Shown here: positions 1 through 14,235 of the stretch, one piece after another
Layout: each line of letters starts with the position of its first letter
How positions within the stretch are numbered: position 1 is the first letter of the stretch
DNA from: Eledone cirrhosa
Lineage: Eukaryota
Direction: 5' to 3'
Assembly (NCBI GenBank): GCA_964016885.1
Contig: OZ024741.1
Coordinates: 266,786,001 to 266,850,000, forward strand
DNA length: 64,000 nt
Translations under genes and position numbers: made by a program
The notes under the pieces: generated by a model
What the model saw: the letters and a program-made list of their open reading frames with translations, nothing else
What the model was told of the DNA's origin: nothing
Database searches by the model: none

Positions 1-672
1 TGTTCGCTTCGTAACAATGAGGTCCCGGTTTCGACCTCAGGACATAGCATCTTGAGCACCTTTACCATAGCAATGTAAAGTGATATACCTATGGTAAAGT
101 GATATACCTATGGTAACGTGATATACCTATGGTTGCTATGATAAAGAGATATACCTAAGGTTGCTATGGTAAAGAGATAGACCGATGGTTGTTATGGTAA
201 AGAAATACACCCAAGGTTGTTATGGTAAAGAGATATACCTATAGTTGTTATGGTAAAGAAATAGACCCAAGGTTGTTATGGTAAAGAGATACACCTATAG
301 TTGTTATGGTAAAGAAATAGACCCAAGGTTGTTATGGTAAAGAGATACACCTATAGTTGCTATGGTAAATAGATATACCTATGGTTGCAATGGTAAAGAG
401 ATTTACCTAACGTTACTATCGTTAAGAGATATACCTAAGGTTGCTATGGTATAAAGATACACTTATGGTTGCTATGGTAACGAGATATGCCCAAGGTTGC
501 TATAGTAAAGAGATGTACCCAAGATTGCTATGGTAAAGGTGCTCAAGATGCTATGTCTTGGGGTCGAAACCGGGACCTCATTGTTACGAAGCGAACATCA
601 TTTTACCTCGGGTTGACGCAAACCTTATAAGTGAAGCTCAGTAGGCAGAAACTGCGTGGAAGCCCGTCGTGT
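1..672 (+). mobile_element. Rearranged tRNA-derived SINE: head (1-73), internal ~29-bp minisatellite, inverted head copy (525-597), SINE tail (602-672)
   Basis: 1-73 is the near-perfect reverse complement of 525-597. A B-box-like GGTTTCGACC is present. Head and tail resemble the minus-strand copy at 46105-46272. Confidence 0.7.
76..536 (+). repeat. Minisatellite, unit ~29 bp (GGTTGCTATGGTAAAGAGATATACCTAT-like)
   Basis: Imperfect tandem copies are directly visible. Confidence 0.9.
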
Positions 673-869
673 TGATATTGCATTTGCTACTTGGGACTTT
701 ATAAACATATACGTTGATCTTATAACTGTATACACACAAGCATATAGTAGACTATATATTGATATCGTCAGCGGGTGATTATATATACCCACAGGTGCCT
801 TGGGGTATATATTACCTTGTACCAGTTTACAAACACACGCGATTTATATATATATATATATATATATAT

Positions 870-970
870 GGTGCAGTGTGGTGTAGTATGGTGTAGTGTG
901 GTGTAGTGTGGTGTAATATAATGTGGTGTGGGGTAGTGTGGTGTGGTGTAGTGTGGTGTAGTGTGGTGTA
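870..970 (-). repeat. Inverted block of the pentamer satellite (GTGTG/GTGTA)
   Basis: It is the reverse complement of the adjacent CACAC/TACAC array, with a fold-back junction at GGTGTATACATC. Confidence 0.85.
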
Positions 971-1655
971 TACATCACACTACACCACACTACACCACAC
1001 TACACCACACTACACCATACTACACCACACCACACCACACTACACCACACCACACTACACCACACTACACCATAACACATTATATTACACCACACTACAC
1101 CATACTACACCACACCACACTACACCACACTACACCATACTACACTACACCACACTACACCATAACACATTATATTACACTACACCATACTACACTACAC
1201 CATACTACACCACACCACACTACACCGCACTACACCATACTACACTACACCACACTACACCATAACACATTATATTACACTACACCATACTACACTACAC
1301 CATACTACACCACACCACACTACACCGCACTACACCATACTACACTACACCACACTACACCATAACACATTATATTACACCACACTACACCATAACACAT
1401 TATATTACACCACACTACACCACATTACACCATACTACACCACACTACACCACATTACACCATACTACACCACACTACACCACATTACACCATACTACAC
1501 CACACTACACCACATTACACCATACTACACCACACTACACCACATTACACCATACTACACCACACTACACCACATTACACCATACTACACCACACTACAC
1601 CACATTACACCATACTACACCACACTACACCACATTACACCATACTACACCACAC
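971..1655 (+). repeat. Pentamer satellite (CACAC/TACAC/CATAC), array 1
   Basis: 5-bp periodicity; the HHTTP-type ORFs are artefacts of it. Confidence 0.97.
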
Positions 1656-1680
<25 letters not shown>

Positions 1681-1704
<24 letters not shown>

Positions 1705-2040
1705 ATATATACATATATATAAATGAAGTAATTCCGTCGGAAAAGTACAGGAAAAAAGAGTGCTCTATGTACACACGCACGCACACATATATATATGCAT
1801 ATATTTGTAAATATGTATACACACACACATATATATATGCATATGTATATATATATACACACACACACACATAGATATGCATACAATCACGAAGATATAT
1901 ACATAGATATACACACACACGTGAATAATGTTTGAGTTATTTGTCCGGTTCGACTCCCTAACTGTTGTTGCCCCTAAATCTCTCCCCCCCGCCCCGCCTA
2001 GGACTATTTTAGTCAATGTTTGTTGTGGAGTGTTACACCA
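1681..2040 (+). repeat. Spacer of a higher-order duplication, copy 1 (copy 2 at ~6229-6600)
   Basis: Near-identical sequence from (TG)n-ATGAAGTAATTCCGTCGG to CCTAGGACTATTTTAGTC...GGAGTGTTACACC occurs at both positions. Confidence 0.93.
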
Positions 2041-3893
2041 CACCACACTACACCACACTACACGACACCACACTACACGACACCACACTACACTACACTA
2101 CACCACACTACACCACACCACACGACACCACACCACACCACACCACACCACACCACACCACACTACACCACACTACACCACACTTCACCACACTACACGA
2201 CACCACACTACACCACACCACACTTCACCACACTACACGACACCACACTACACGACACGACACCACACCACACCACACCACACTACACCACACCACACTA
2301 CACCACACCACACTACACGACACCACACTACACCACACCACACCACACCACACCACACCACACCACACCACACCACACCACACCACACTACACCACACTA
2401 CACCACACTTCACCACACTACACGACACCACACTACACTACACCACACCACACCACACTTCACCTCACTACACGACACCACACTACACGACACGACACCA
2501 CACCACACCACACTACACCACACCACACTACACCACACCACACTACACGACACCACACTACACCACACCACACTACACCACACTACACCATACCACACCA
2601 CACTTCACCACACTACACGACACCACACTACACGACACGACACCACACCACACCACACCACACCACACTACACCACACCACACTACACGACACCACACTA
2701 CACCACACCACACTACACCACACTACACCACACTACACCACACTACACTTCACCACACTACACTTCACCACACTACACTTCACCACACTACACGACACCA
2801 CACTACACCACACCACACCACACCACACTACACCACACCACACTACATCACACCACACTACACCACACTACACCACACTACACCACACTACACCACATTA
2901 CACCACACTACACCACACTACACCACACTTCACCACACTACACGACACCACACTACACGACACCACACTACACGACACCACACCACACCACACCACACCA
3001 CACCACACCACACCACACCACACTACACCACACCACACTACACCACACCACACTTCACCACACTACACGACACCACACCACACTACACCACACCACACCA
3101 CACCACACCACACCACACCACACTACACTACACCACACTACACCACACTTCACCACACTACACCACACCACACTACACCACACCACACCACACCACACCA
3201 CACTACACCACACTACACCACACCACACTTCACCACACTACACCACACCACACTACACTACACCACACTACACCGCACTACACCATACTACACTACACCA
3301 CACTACACCATAACACATTATATTACACCACACTACACCATAACACATTATATTACACCACACTACACCACATTACACCATACTACACCACACTACACCA
3401 CATTACACCATACTACACCACACCACACCACACTACACCACACTACACCACACCACACTTCACCACACTACACCACACTACACCACATTACACCATACTA
3501 CACCACACTACACCACACTACACCACACTACACTACACCACACTACACCACACCACACTACACCGCACTACACCATACTACACTACACCACACTACACCA
3601 TAACACATTATATTACACCACACTACACCATAACACATTATATTACACCACACTACACCATAACACATTATATTACACCACACTACACCACATTACACCA
3701 TACTACACCACACTACACCACATTACACCATACTACACCACACCACACCACACTACACCACACTACACCACACCACACCACACTACACCATACTACACCA
3801 CACTACACCACATTACACCATACTACACCACACTACACCACATTACACCATACTACACCACACTACACCACATTACACCATACTACACCACAC

Positions 3894-3895
<2 letters not shown>
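2034..3895 (+). repeat. Pentamer satellite, array 2
   Basis: 5-bp periodicity with CGACA/TTCAC variants. Confidence 0.97.
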
Positions 3896-3963
<68 letters not shown>

Positions 3964-4000
3964 ATTAAATAAATGGAAACTATATTTATAAAACCATATT

Positions 4001-4066
4001 TATTTCATTATATATATTTCAGGGATAACATATTAACAATATGCTATGCCTTCCTCAGACAAAATA
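4001..4066 (-). ncRNA. Minimal type-I hammerhead ribozyme, family A, intact core
   Basis: Minus strand reads TATTTTGT-CTGAGGA-[AGGCATAGCATATT/AATATGTTATCCCT]-GAAA-TATATA-TA-ATGAAATA. Confidence 0.8.
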
Positions 4067-5474
4067 CAATATAAACAGTTTTATAGATAAATAGATTCGA
4101 CATACCGTAACAACATCTACTTGCATTTGAGAAGGTTGATTTGGTTGTGACAAAATTGTACACAGAGAGAAAGAAAGAGAGAGAGAAAGAGAGAAAAAGA
4201 GAGAAAAAAAAAGGAAAGAAAAGAAAGACAGAAAACGAAGAAAAAGAAAAAGAAGAAATGCATGGAACAAAATAGAGAGATGGAAAGATAGATAAAGAGA
4301 AGAACTTCATGTAAAGAAACAGAAAGAGATATATATATAGAGAGAGAGAGGAAATAGAGATAGATACATATATAGAAAGCTAGGTAGTGGGACGACTGTT
4401 GAATAACGTATCAATGATACATTTATTTATTTATTTATTTAGCTCTAGTATTAATGTAAGGGAGATATATGGAGGGAAAACCAGCTGTTATATAGGGAGA
4501 GAAAAAATATAGAGAGAGAAAAAAAAAAAAGAGAGAGAGAGAAAATTCAAAAATATCCAGACACAGGCGAGGCGTAAAAAACCTGTTTTAATGTAGAGGT
4601 ATTAGTATTTACAAAACCAGCCTCTGCATTGCAAATATCAGTATTCCTGAATGAGATATGTATCCACAATGTGTGAAAATTAATGATCTTATGTTTAGTT
4701 TTTAAAAAAAAATTCATATGTTTATGTGATAATTACAAACATCTATGTGAATGTACATGATCAATTCTGCAAACCCTAAGTTCACGGAAAGTATTCTCAA
4801 TGCGGTATAAAAATTTAAGTATACATATATGTGTATATAGAGTCAATATTACTATTTCTGTCTCTACTCTACAAGATTATCTATCAAGCAAAGATAGAGC
4901 AGATTTCAATATACTAATAAAAATAAAAATAAAAATATATCGGAAACAAAACTAAACTAAAAATAACAATAATAATAATAAGTAATAATAAAATAGAAAA
5001 CTAAGAAATATTACGAAAGAATATTACATATTAAAAATATTACATATTAAAAAATTTTACATATTAAAAATATTAAAAATAAAAATTAGGAAATACTACA
5101 GTAATAAAAATAAAATAAACCACAAAGATCAACCCTTCAAAATTAATTGACAATATATTGCCAAGTTCATTATAAACATCAGAGTCGAAAAACAGATAAA
5201 GCCAAAAATTATCTATCAAATCGCATCTAGCAAAGATCATTTCAAAAAGTATAGGATGCCCAATTTGGTCTACATGTGTTCTTATATTTAATATAGAAGT
5301 TTATCTAGTGTAACGTTTATTCGAAATATTTGGAGCATCAACTTTTAGGATAGCTTCATGAAGAATGTTTAAATAAATAAATAAATAAAATAAAAATAAA
5401 AATAAAAAGAGTAAAAAGAGAATCAAAGATTTATCGGCTAGTTTCCCATATAATTATAAATCAAACTAAATATA

Positions 5475-5849
5475 CTACATTTTAAATTTAAATTTATATT
5501 TAAACGTTGAGTTTAATCTATGTTTGCAACAACTGAATAAATTTGTCCGTAGATTAAGGGAATTTTTAGATTTTAGTATAAAGAATATCTCCTCTGCGCA
5601 GAGGTCACATGTCTCAGAGGATGAATTAAAAGGAATCCCTCTTGAGACTATATTCCAAGCCGTCGAATATCTAACGTTATCTAGCTTAAGTTGCCATAGT
5701 ATGCCTGATAGTGCCGTTGAAGATTTTTTACTTGGATCTGTGAAAGAATTCTTGTGGTTATTATAGCGAAGTTTAAATTCCGTCGATGTGGAACCGACGT
5801 AGTTAAAAGAATTAGAGTCAGTATTAACATTACAATTCAGTATTAACAT
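5475..5849 (-). pseudogene. Penelope-type GIY-YIG endonuclease C-terminal remnant
   Basis: Motifs YVGSTSTEFKLRYNNHKNSF, TALSGILWQLK, CDLCAEEIFFI and LNLRTNLFSCCKHR are typical of PLE endonucleases. Confidence 0.88.
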
Positions 5850-5963
5850 TACAATTCTTTCTCTCTGTGTACAATTTTGTCACAACCAAATCAACCTTCT
5901 CAAATGCAAGTAGATGTTGTTACGGTATGTCGAATCTATTTATCTATAAAACTGTTTATATTG

Positions 5964-6029
5964 TATTTTGTCTGCGGAAGGCATAGCATATTGTTAATAT
6001 GTTATCCCTGAAATATATATAATGAAATA
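5964..6029 (+). ncRNA. Hammerhead motif, family A, core variant CUGCGGA (likely impaired)
   Basis: Mirror of 4001-4066 with one core substitution. Confidence 0.65.
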
Positions 6030-6156
6030 AATATAGTTTTATAAATATAGTTTCCATTTATTTAATATTGTAAATATACTCCAAATATTTGTCGAGTGCT
6101 TTTATATCAGTTATAAATATTTACTAGTTGTAACACAACAATTTAAATATAACTTT

Positions 6157-6592
<436 letters not shown>

Positions 6593-6600
<8 letters not shown>

Positions 6601-9188
6601 ACCACACTTCACCACACTACACGACACCACACCACACTACACCACACCACACTACACCACACCACACGACACCACACCACACCACACCACACGACACTAC
6701 AACACACCACACCACACCACACTACACTACACCACACTACACCACACTACACGACACCACACTACACGACACCACACTACACCACACCACACTACACCAC
6801 ACCACACTACACGACACCACACTACACCACACTTCACCACACCACACCACACCACATTACACCACACTACACCACACCACATTACACCACACTACACTAC
6901 ACCACACCACACCACATTACACCACACTACACCACACCACACTACACCACACCACACCACATTACACCACACTACACCACACCACACTACACGACACGAC
7001 ACCACACCACACCACACTACACCACACTACACCACACCAGACCACACTACACGACACCACACCACACTACACCACACCACACCACACCACACGACACGAC
7101 ACCACACTACACGACACCACACGACACGACACCACACTACACCACACTACACCACACTACACCACACTACACCACACCACACCACACCACACTACACTAC
7201 ACGACACCACACCACACTACACCACACTACACCACACTACACGACACCACACCACACTACACCACACTACACGACACCACACCACACTACATCACACCAC
7301 ACTACACCACACCACACCACACCATACTACACCACACTACACCACACCACACTACACCACACCACACCACACTACACCATACTACACCACACTACACCAC
7401 ACTACACGACACCACACCACACTACACCACACTACACCACACCACACCACACCACATTACACCACACTACACCACACTACACCACACCACACCACACTAC
7501 ACAACACACTACATCACACTACACCACACCACACTACACCACACTACACCACACCACACTACACCATACTACACCACACTACACCACACCACACTACACC
7601 ACACTACACCACACTACACCATACTACACCACACCACACCACATTACACCACACTACACCACACCACACTACACCACACTACACCACACTACACCACACA
7701 CCACACCACACTACACGACACGACACCACACCACACCACACCACACTACACCACACCACACTACATCACACCACACTACACCACACTACACCACACTACA
7801 CCACACTACACCACATTACACCACACTACACCACACTACACCACACCACACCACACTACACCATACTACACCACACTACACCACACCACACCACACCACA
7901 TTACACCACACTACACCACACCACACCACACTACACCATACTACACCACACTACACCACACTACACGACACCACACCACACCACATTACACCACACTACA
8001 CCACACTACACCACACTACACCATACTACACCACACTACACCACACTACACGACACCACACCACACTACACTACACCACACCACACCACACTACACCGCA
8101 CCACACCACACTACACCATACTACACCACACTACACCACACTACACGACACCACACCACACCACACTACACCACACTACACCACACTACACGACACCACA
8201 CGACACGACACCACACTACACCACACTACACCAAACTACACCACACTACACCACACCACACCACACTACACCATACTACACCACACTACACCACACCACA
8301 CTACACCACACCACACCACACTACACCATACTACACCACACTACACCACACTACACGACACCACACCACACCACACTACACCACACTACACCACACTACA
8401 CGACACCACACGACACCACACCACACTACACCACACTACACCACACTACACCACACCACACCACACCACACTACACCACACTACACCACACTACACGACA
8501 CCACACCACACTACACCACACTACACCACACTACACGACACCACACCACACTACATCACACCACACTACACCACACCACACCACACCACACTACACCACA
8601 CTACACCACACCACACTACACCACACCACACCACACTACACCATACTACACCACACTACACCACACTACACGACACCACACCACACCACACTACACCACA
8701 CTACACCACACTACACGACACCACACGACACGACACCACACGACACCACACTACACCACACTACACCACACTACACCACACCACATCACACTACACCACA
8801 CTACACCACACCACACCACACTACACCACACTACACCACACCACACCACACCACACTACACCACACTACACGACACCACACGACACCACACCACACTACA
8901 CCACACTACACCACACTACACCACACCACACCACACTACATCATACTACACCACACCACACCACACTACACTACACTACACTACACTACACTACACCACA
9001 CTACACCACACTACACCATACTACACCACACCACACCACACTACACTATACTACACTACACTACACTACACCACACCACATCACACTACACCACACCACA
9101 CTACACGACACCACACCACACTACACCACACTACCCCACACTACACCACACCACACTACACTACACTACACCACACTACACCACACCA
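6593..9188 (+). repeat. Pentamer satellite, array 3
   Basis: 5-bp periodicity. Confidence 0.97.
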
Positions 9189-9298
9189 CGCGTCTCCCTT
9201 GCCCTGTCCCGGGGAAACACCTTCTCTTTTCTGTCATCTCATCAGTCATCTTACTTATATATTATTGTTCTCCCAAAATTCCCCCCCTTTGAAATTTC

Positions 9299-9800
9299 CA
9301 CACACACGCACATGTACACCCACACACATGTACACACACAGACACACACACACACGTACATGTACACCCACACACATGTACACACACAGACACACACACA
9401 CACGCACATGTACACCCACACACATGTACACATACAGACATACACACACACGCACATGTACACACACATGTACACACACAGACATACACACATGTACACA
9501 CAGACATACAGACACACACACACACATGTACACACACGCGCGCACGGACACATGCACACACATGTATACACACACGCACATATGCACGAACGCATACACA
9601 CACAAACATACAAACATCCACACACACAGAAACATATAGACACATACAGACACACAGACAGACACACACACACATATACACATATTTATATATAAACATT
9701 TACAAACATCCATTCGCACATATACACATAGACATACATATACACACACATACACATTCACACATAAACACACGCACACATATACATATATAACATATAC
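9299..9800 (+). repeat. Degenerate (CA)n-based repeat with CACATGTACAC sub-units
   Basis: Direct reading. Confidence 0.85.
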
Positions 9801-10045
9801 ATGCTAGCACACATACACATGCTCAAACATACCCTTGCGTGCACCACACACACACACGAGATAGTTTTGTTTGTTTTAGTTTGTCTGAAAAGCAGAGAAT
9901 GTTCGAATACTCTCTGCATATATGAGGTAGAAGTATTAGATTCTGTTGTACCTGGATGTTGGCTGTATCGAAGGAACCCTATTTAGGTGCCACTTTCACG
10001 ATCCAATTACAACTTCACGGGTACACTTACCGAATTCTCTCTCTC

Positions 10046-10123
<78 letters not shown>

Positions 10124-10341
10124 TCTCTCTCTATATATATATATATTTAGGTTTGTTGGTTCACCACCGGATAGAATTGGTCATTCCGTATGGTCAATCT
10201 TGATACAATATTATGGAAAGTACTCAACGTAGTGAAGTTCACCCGTCTTCGTTTGTGTAGTTGGTGATGCTAATACGGAGTTAATTATTATGAATAAAAT
10301 AACAGGAGGCTGGACTGGTGTAAATCCTTGAAAAGTTTATT

Positions 10342-10399
10342 ATACTATGATCATTTCAATGATCGGGTTCCGTATCAATCCGGTGATATCACCAGGTAT
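10342..10399 (-). ncRNA. Hammerhead motif, family C, core variant CUGGUGA
   Basis: Minus strand reads ATAC-CTGGTGA-stem II-GAAA-TGATCA-TA-GTAT. Confidence 0.55.
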
Positions 10400-10445
10400 T
10401 CGAAATATACAAAGGATTTTTATATATTCCTTTGTTATATTTCGA

Positions 10446-10503
10446 ATACCTGATGATATCACCGGATTCATACGGAACTCGGTCATTGAAATAATCATAG
10501 TAT
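10446..10503 (+). ncRNA. Hammerhead motif, family C
   Basis: ATAC-CTGATGA-TATCACCGG...TCGGTCATT-GAAA-TAATCA-TA-GTAT; stem II is imperfect at its base. Confidence 0.68.
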
Positions 10504-10550
10504 AATAAACTTTTCAAGGATTTACACCAGTCCAGCCTCCTGTTATTTTA

Positions 10551-10595
<45 letters not shown>

Positions 10596-10747
10596 AAAAA
10601 AGATGAAATCGAAAATGCAACTGGAGTCTTTTTAAAAATATTTATTTGGTTCCTTTACCGGTTTTGCAGTTCTTGTGCTTTTCAAAAGTAGAATTGAGAT
10701 GGGGGGGTTTGTGGTTTTTCTCGCATATATATATATTATATATATAA

Positions 10748-10913
10748 CGAAGGAGGTGTGGTAAGGAACCAGATGGACCATAACGCACCAGAGTACTCAA
10801 TACTTAGGGTAGTAGAGTGGGTAATAGGAAAATATTCGATCCCGACGGCAAAGCTCAAGCCGTTACGACGGCGTCGAAACGGCTTGAGCTCTGCCGTCGG
10901 GGTCAAACATTTT

Positions 10914-10917
<4 letters not shown>
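10748..10917. mobile_element. Short TA-embedded element with GC-rich hairpin (CCCGACGGCAxAGCTCAAGCCGTT...AACGGCTTGAGCTCTGCCGTCGGG)
   Basis: Related copies at ~19700-19848, 42780-42830 and 53561-53742, and a partial minus-strand copy at ~38875-38935. Confidence 0.7.
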
Positions 10918-10958
<41 letters not shown>

Positions 10959-10961
<3 letters not shown>

Positions 10962-11064
10962 TCCTGGTGGCCGAAGGGTGTTTATCATTTCTTTTCAAAT
11001 TTTTGGTAGTCAAAATTAGGGTGCGTCCTCGAGGACGAAGCGTCTTCAGCGCCGGAAATACGGT
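10959..11064 (-). mobile_element. End of a pogo/Tigger-like MITE
   Basis: Terminus reads TACCGTATTTCCGGCG on the minus strand, a TIR type common in pogo-like elements. Only one end is seen. Confidence 0.45.
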
Positions 11065-11080
11065 AATATATATATATATA

Positions 11081-11475
11081 GGTTTCGGCCAGTATTGGCC
11101 CAGGCCATGTCTAACTTAATAGCTCCACCTGGCGAAGTCTTTCAAATCAGGATTTGGGCACCATGGCCCACTCAAGTAGAGAGTTATTGTTTACGGAGAC
11201 ATATCCGGGTGCAGGAGGCTTATCCGGGATTTCTTGAAGGAATTTATCCAAAGACTTCTTGAACTTGATGGGGACTGTTTCTGTTTTAATGTATTTTGGT
11301 GTAATGTTAAAGAGAGCGGGGCCAATTAAGGTGAAATAATTGTGTCGTATTGTTGTTATGAGATGCGAATGAGATTTTTGTCGTGGGCAGATAGCACGGG
11401 GCCCAAGCCTTGGGTGTACATTATTTGGGCAAAGCTGATGGAATATTTTCCACTTAGTCTTAACTATAATAAAGA
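11081..11475 (-). mobile_element. 3' end of a CR1/L2-group LINE (ORF2 C-terminus and short 3' UTR)
   Basis: GPALFNITPKYIK...FKKSLDKFLQEIPDKP..PGY...NSLLEW resembles CR1-group C-termini; it ends at (TA)n. Confidence 0.7.
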
Positions 11476-12398
11476 AAGGAGTGCGGGATTGCGTCCAGAA
11501 TATATATTTTTTTACCCCGTTTATAAAATAAGTTGGATTACTTTGAATAAATAATGAATGAATATTACATAATTTATGTGCTAAATTTCGTGACTTGATT
11601 AAATATATTTTATAGCTTATGTAAAGACTTTTAAAATTCAGTTCTTTAAAATTTTCAAATGTCAACACTTCCGGTTAGCGGCCATTACATTATAACATTT
11701 ATAAAAAATATCGCATATATTTCCGTCGCTAATTTTCTCCTAATGCAGTTTATATATAATATCGTCTTTTTTTTAATGTATCATGGATTACGTTACTGAT
11801 TACAGAAGACAGTGTAACATATATATATATTGTCAATTACGATTTTATTTGATGTATCATATCTACATCTATATATTAATTTCAACAACGTCAGTATTCC
11901 GTATGTCATAATTCTCGATTATCATTGGTTCATAGGTTTCAAACGACTCCACCCACCTCAACGACGCCAAACTTAAATTAATACGCATAATGCCAATGAG
12001 GGAGTGAGAGGGGAGAGTAAGAAACAGAGAGGCAAAGTGAACGCTGTAACTATTACCATGTGTGCGTGTGTATGTACGTGCGCGTATGTTTATGTGTGTG
12101 TGCGTGCGTGCAGCGTTCCACAGAAAGTAAAAACTATCAACATGTGTGAGTGTGTAAGTGTGTGTAAGTGCACGGGTGCGTATGTAAGTTTGCGTGCGTG
12201 TATGTGTGTGTACGTGGGGCGTTCCACAATCGCCACGCAGTTTATCTGTCTGTGTGCCTGTCTGTCAGTCTAACATACACAGAGTTGTGAAGGGAGTAAA
12301 TAGGGACCCTTTTTTACATTGACAGACATCTTTTATATTTTTTGACAATTGCTCGAAATGAATACTGATAATAAAAGCAATTCGATTTATCAAACAGT

Positions 12399-12968
12399 GA
12401 ACTACAGCGGCGACGGCGTGCAGCCAGGAATGAAGAAAAACAGGCCAAACAGCGCCATCGGAATGCCGAACTTCAGAGGCGAAGACGTGCCGCCATGAAT
12501 GAAGAGGAGCTGGCTGAACAACGCCAACGAAACACTGGAGCCAAGCAGCGACGGCGTGCTGCGATGGTTGAAGACGAACTTGCTCGGCATCATCTTTTAT
12601 ATTAATTATCTATATCTATATCTCCATATAATATAAAAGATTGGAACTTCCATCATCCTTTTGAGAAACGTGGAACAACCACCTCTATGCAATGATACAC
12701 GTTTTACAGTCAGACAGAAGATGAACCATCTTCTAGAGGTCACTATTCGAGGTGGGAGCACCTACAATTGTTCAAATACTATGCACAAACGGTACAACGA
12801 AGAATCTGGTATATCTGGAAGATTTTTTTTACTGTTTTCTGTATCACACAGACACCACGGACTCGCCTCATACTGTAACCAGACAAACATCCAATACAGT
12901 CATTTTCTCTTTTACCTGTCTTCTCTCATCATTTGTTTACCCGGGCGAAGCTGAGTACGTCAGCTAGT
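12399..12968 (+). mobile_element. Internally deleted Helitron: 23-aa R/E-rich repeat, PIF1 helicase fragment, 3' hairpin-CTAG
   Basis: Frame from 12399 reads ELQRRRRAARNEEKQAKQRHRNA x~3. Frame from 12661 reads LRNVEQPPLCNDTRFTV, similar to the helicase motif LRNLDPPxLCNGTRL. Ends CCCGGGCGAAGCTGAGT..CTAG-T. Confidence 0.72.
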
Positions 12969-13926
12969 GCATATATATGGTTTTTCTGCTAGTGAGTGTA
13001 ATGATAAATATTGGTTTGGTGATGTGGTTGCCAAATGGATTTGTTCATCTGTAGTGGTAGTGATGAGTGAGTATGTTGTTGGTCGAATAATGGCAAGTGC
13101 TTAAGTTAAGTGAGTTGAGAGAAGTGTTTGCCTTGTTCGAGGAAACAAATAGTTGTACTCACTTGGTGTGGACTGAAGTGATATTATCTATAGAAAAGGA
13201 TTTTTCCCAAATCACATGAATAAGAATTAACAAATAAACAAGACACTGCTAATCTAAATGTTTTTATTTATCACGAACACACAGCACGAGGCGAATCGCA
13301 AATAAGAATAGCAGCAACATATTCTTTTTTTGCATCAATGGCCAACCAGGGAAGGCTGGCTATAGAATGTGTAGTATCAATGGCGGTGCTCCATCATGGC
13401 CTCAGCCTGACGATTGGAACACGTAATAGAGTAATGGAGTATGATTTATTTCGAAATCCTGTGCAGCAATGAATAAGGGAAAAATATGCAAGTATAGACG
13501 CAGTGTGTGTGCAAATGTAAAATACCATAATAGTGATATTTGCTAACGTGTGTTGGTCGCAATCTCGGCTAGTGCCGATCTCAGCAAAGCTAGCTAGCGA
13601 GTGTGTGTGGATACATCGCCAGGCGGACCAAACAAAGTGTCTGTCCGTTGCAGAGTCGAAAGTAGACTGTATTGTGCAGATTCGAAAAGCAGACTGTGCC
13701 TGCGGGTCGAAATCTCTTGTATATATAAGATTTAGGTTGCCCAGAAACACTGAACAGATGGCCTTTTCAACTGTCCTCTTTCTGGACACTCTGCCAGCGT
13801 AGCCTTCTTCAAGAGAATATTAACTAGGTTTTGGGCTCTGCAGTCACAGGTCAGTCGTTTAGTGGTCATGTGTGTCAGGCTAAGAAAACCATCGTGGAAA
13901 AATATGTTGAGGTTTCGCTATATATA

Positions 13927-14235
13927 TGTAGGAGGTGAGTTTTATTGTAGTACAATAAAGCAATGCAGATATTGGATAAGAAGTACTCTACAATTTGTAG
14001 GACTGGAGTATATATAATATATAAGATCAAAAGATGGTTAAAAAACACTTGTGAATAGTGCAGTTTTAAATCAACATATGTTGATTTAAAACTGCACTAT
14101 TCACAAGTGTTTTTTAAACTTCATATCATGTCTCCCTATTTTATCTGATGAAAACACAAATATTATTGCATGATGATATTTGTTTTTGAAATGCGCATGA
14201 TAAAATACATGGAACTCTTTTAACCATCTTTTGAT

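Larger units (their letters stand above)
10146..10556. mobile_element. Fold-back non-autonomous PLE-like insert (family C)
   Basis: Arms ~10290-10416 and ~10427-10556 are inverted, with an unpaired tail at 10146-10290. The family recurs at 51431-53513 and 55831-56103. TA-flanked. Confidence 0.75.

Noticed and set aside
13394-13802. Overlapping 131-aa and 89-aa ORFs in moderately GC-rich sequence
   Set aside because: No recognisable domain; probably repeat-derived but unassignable.
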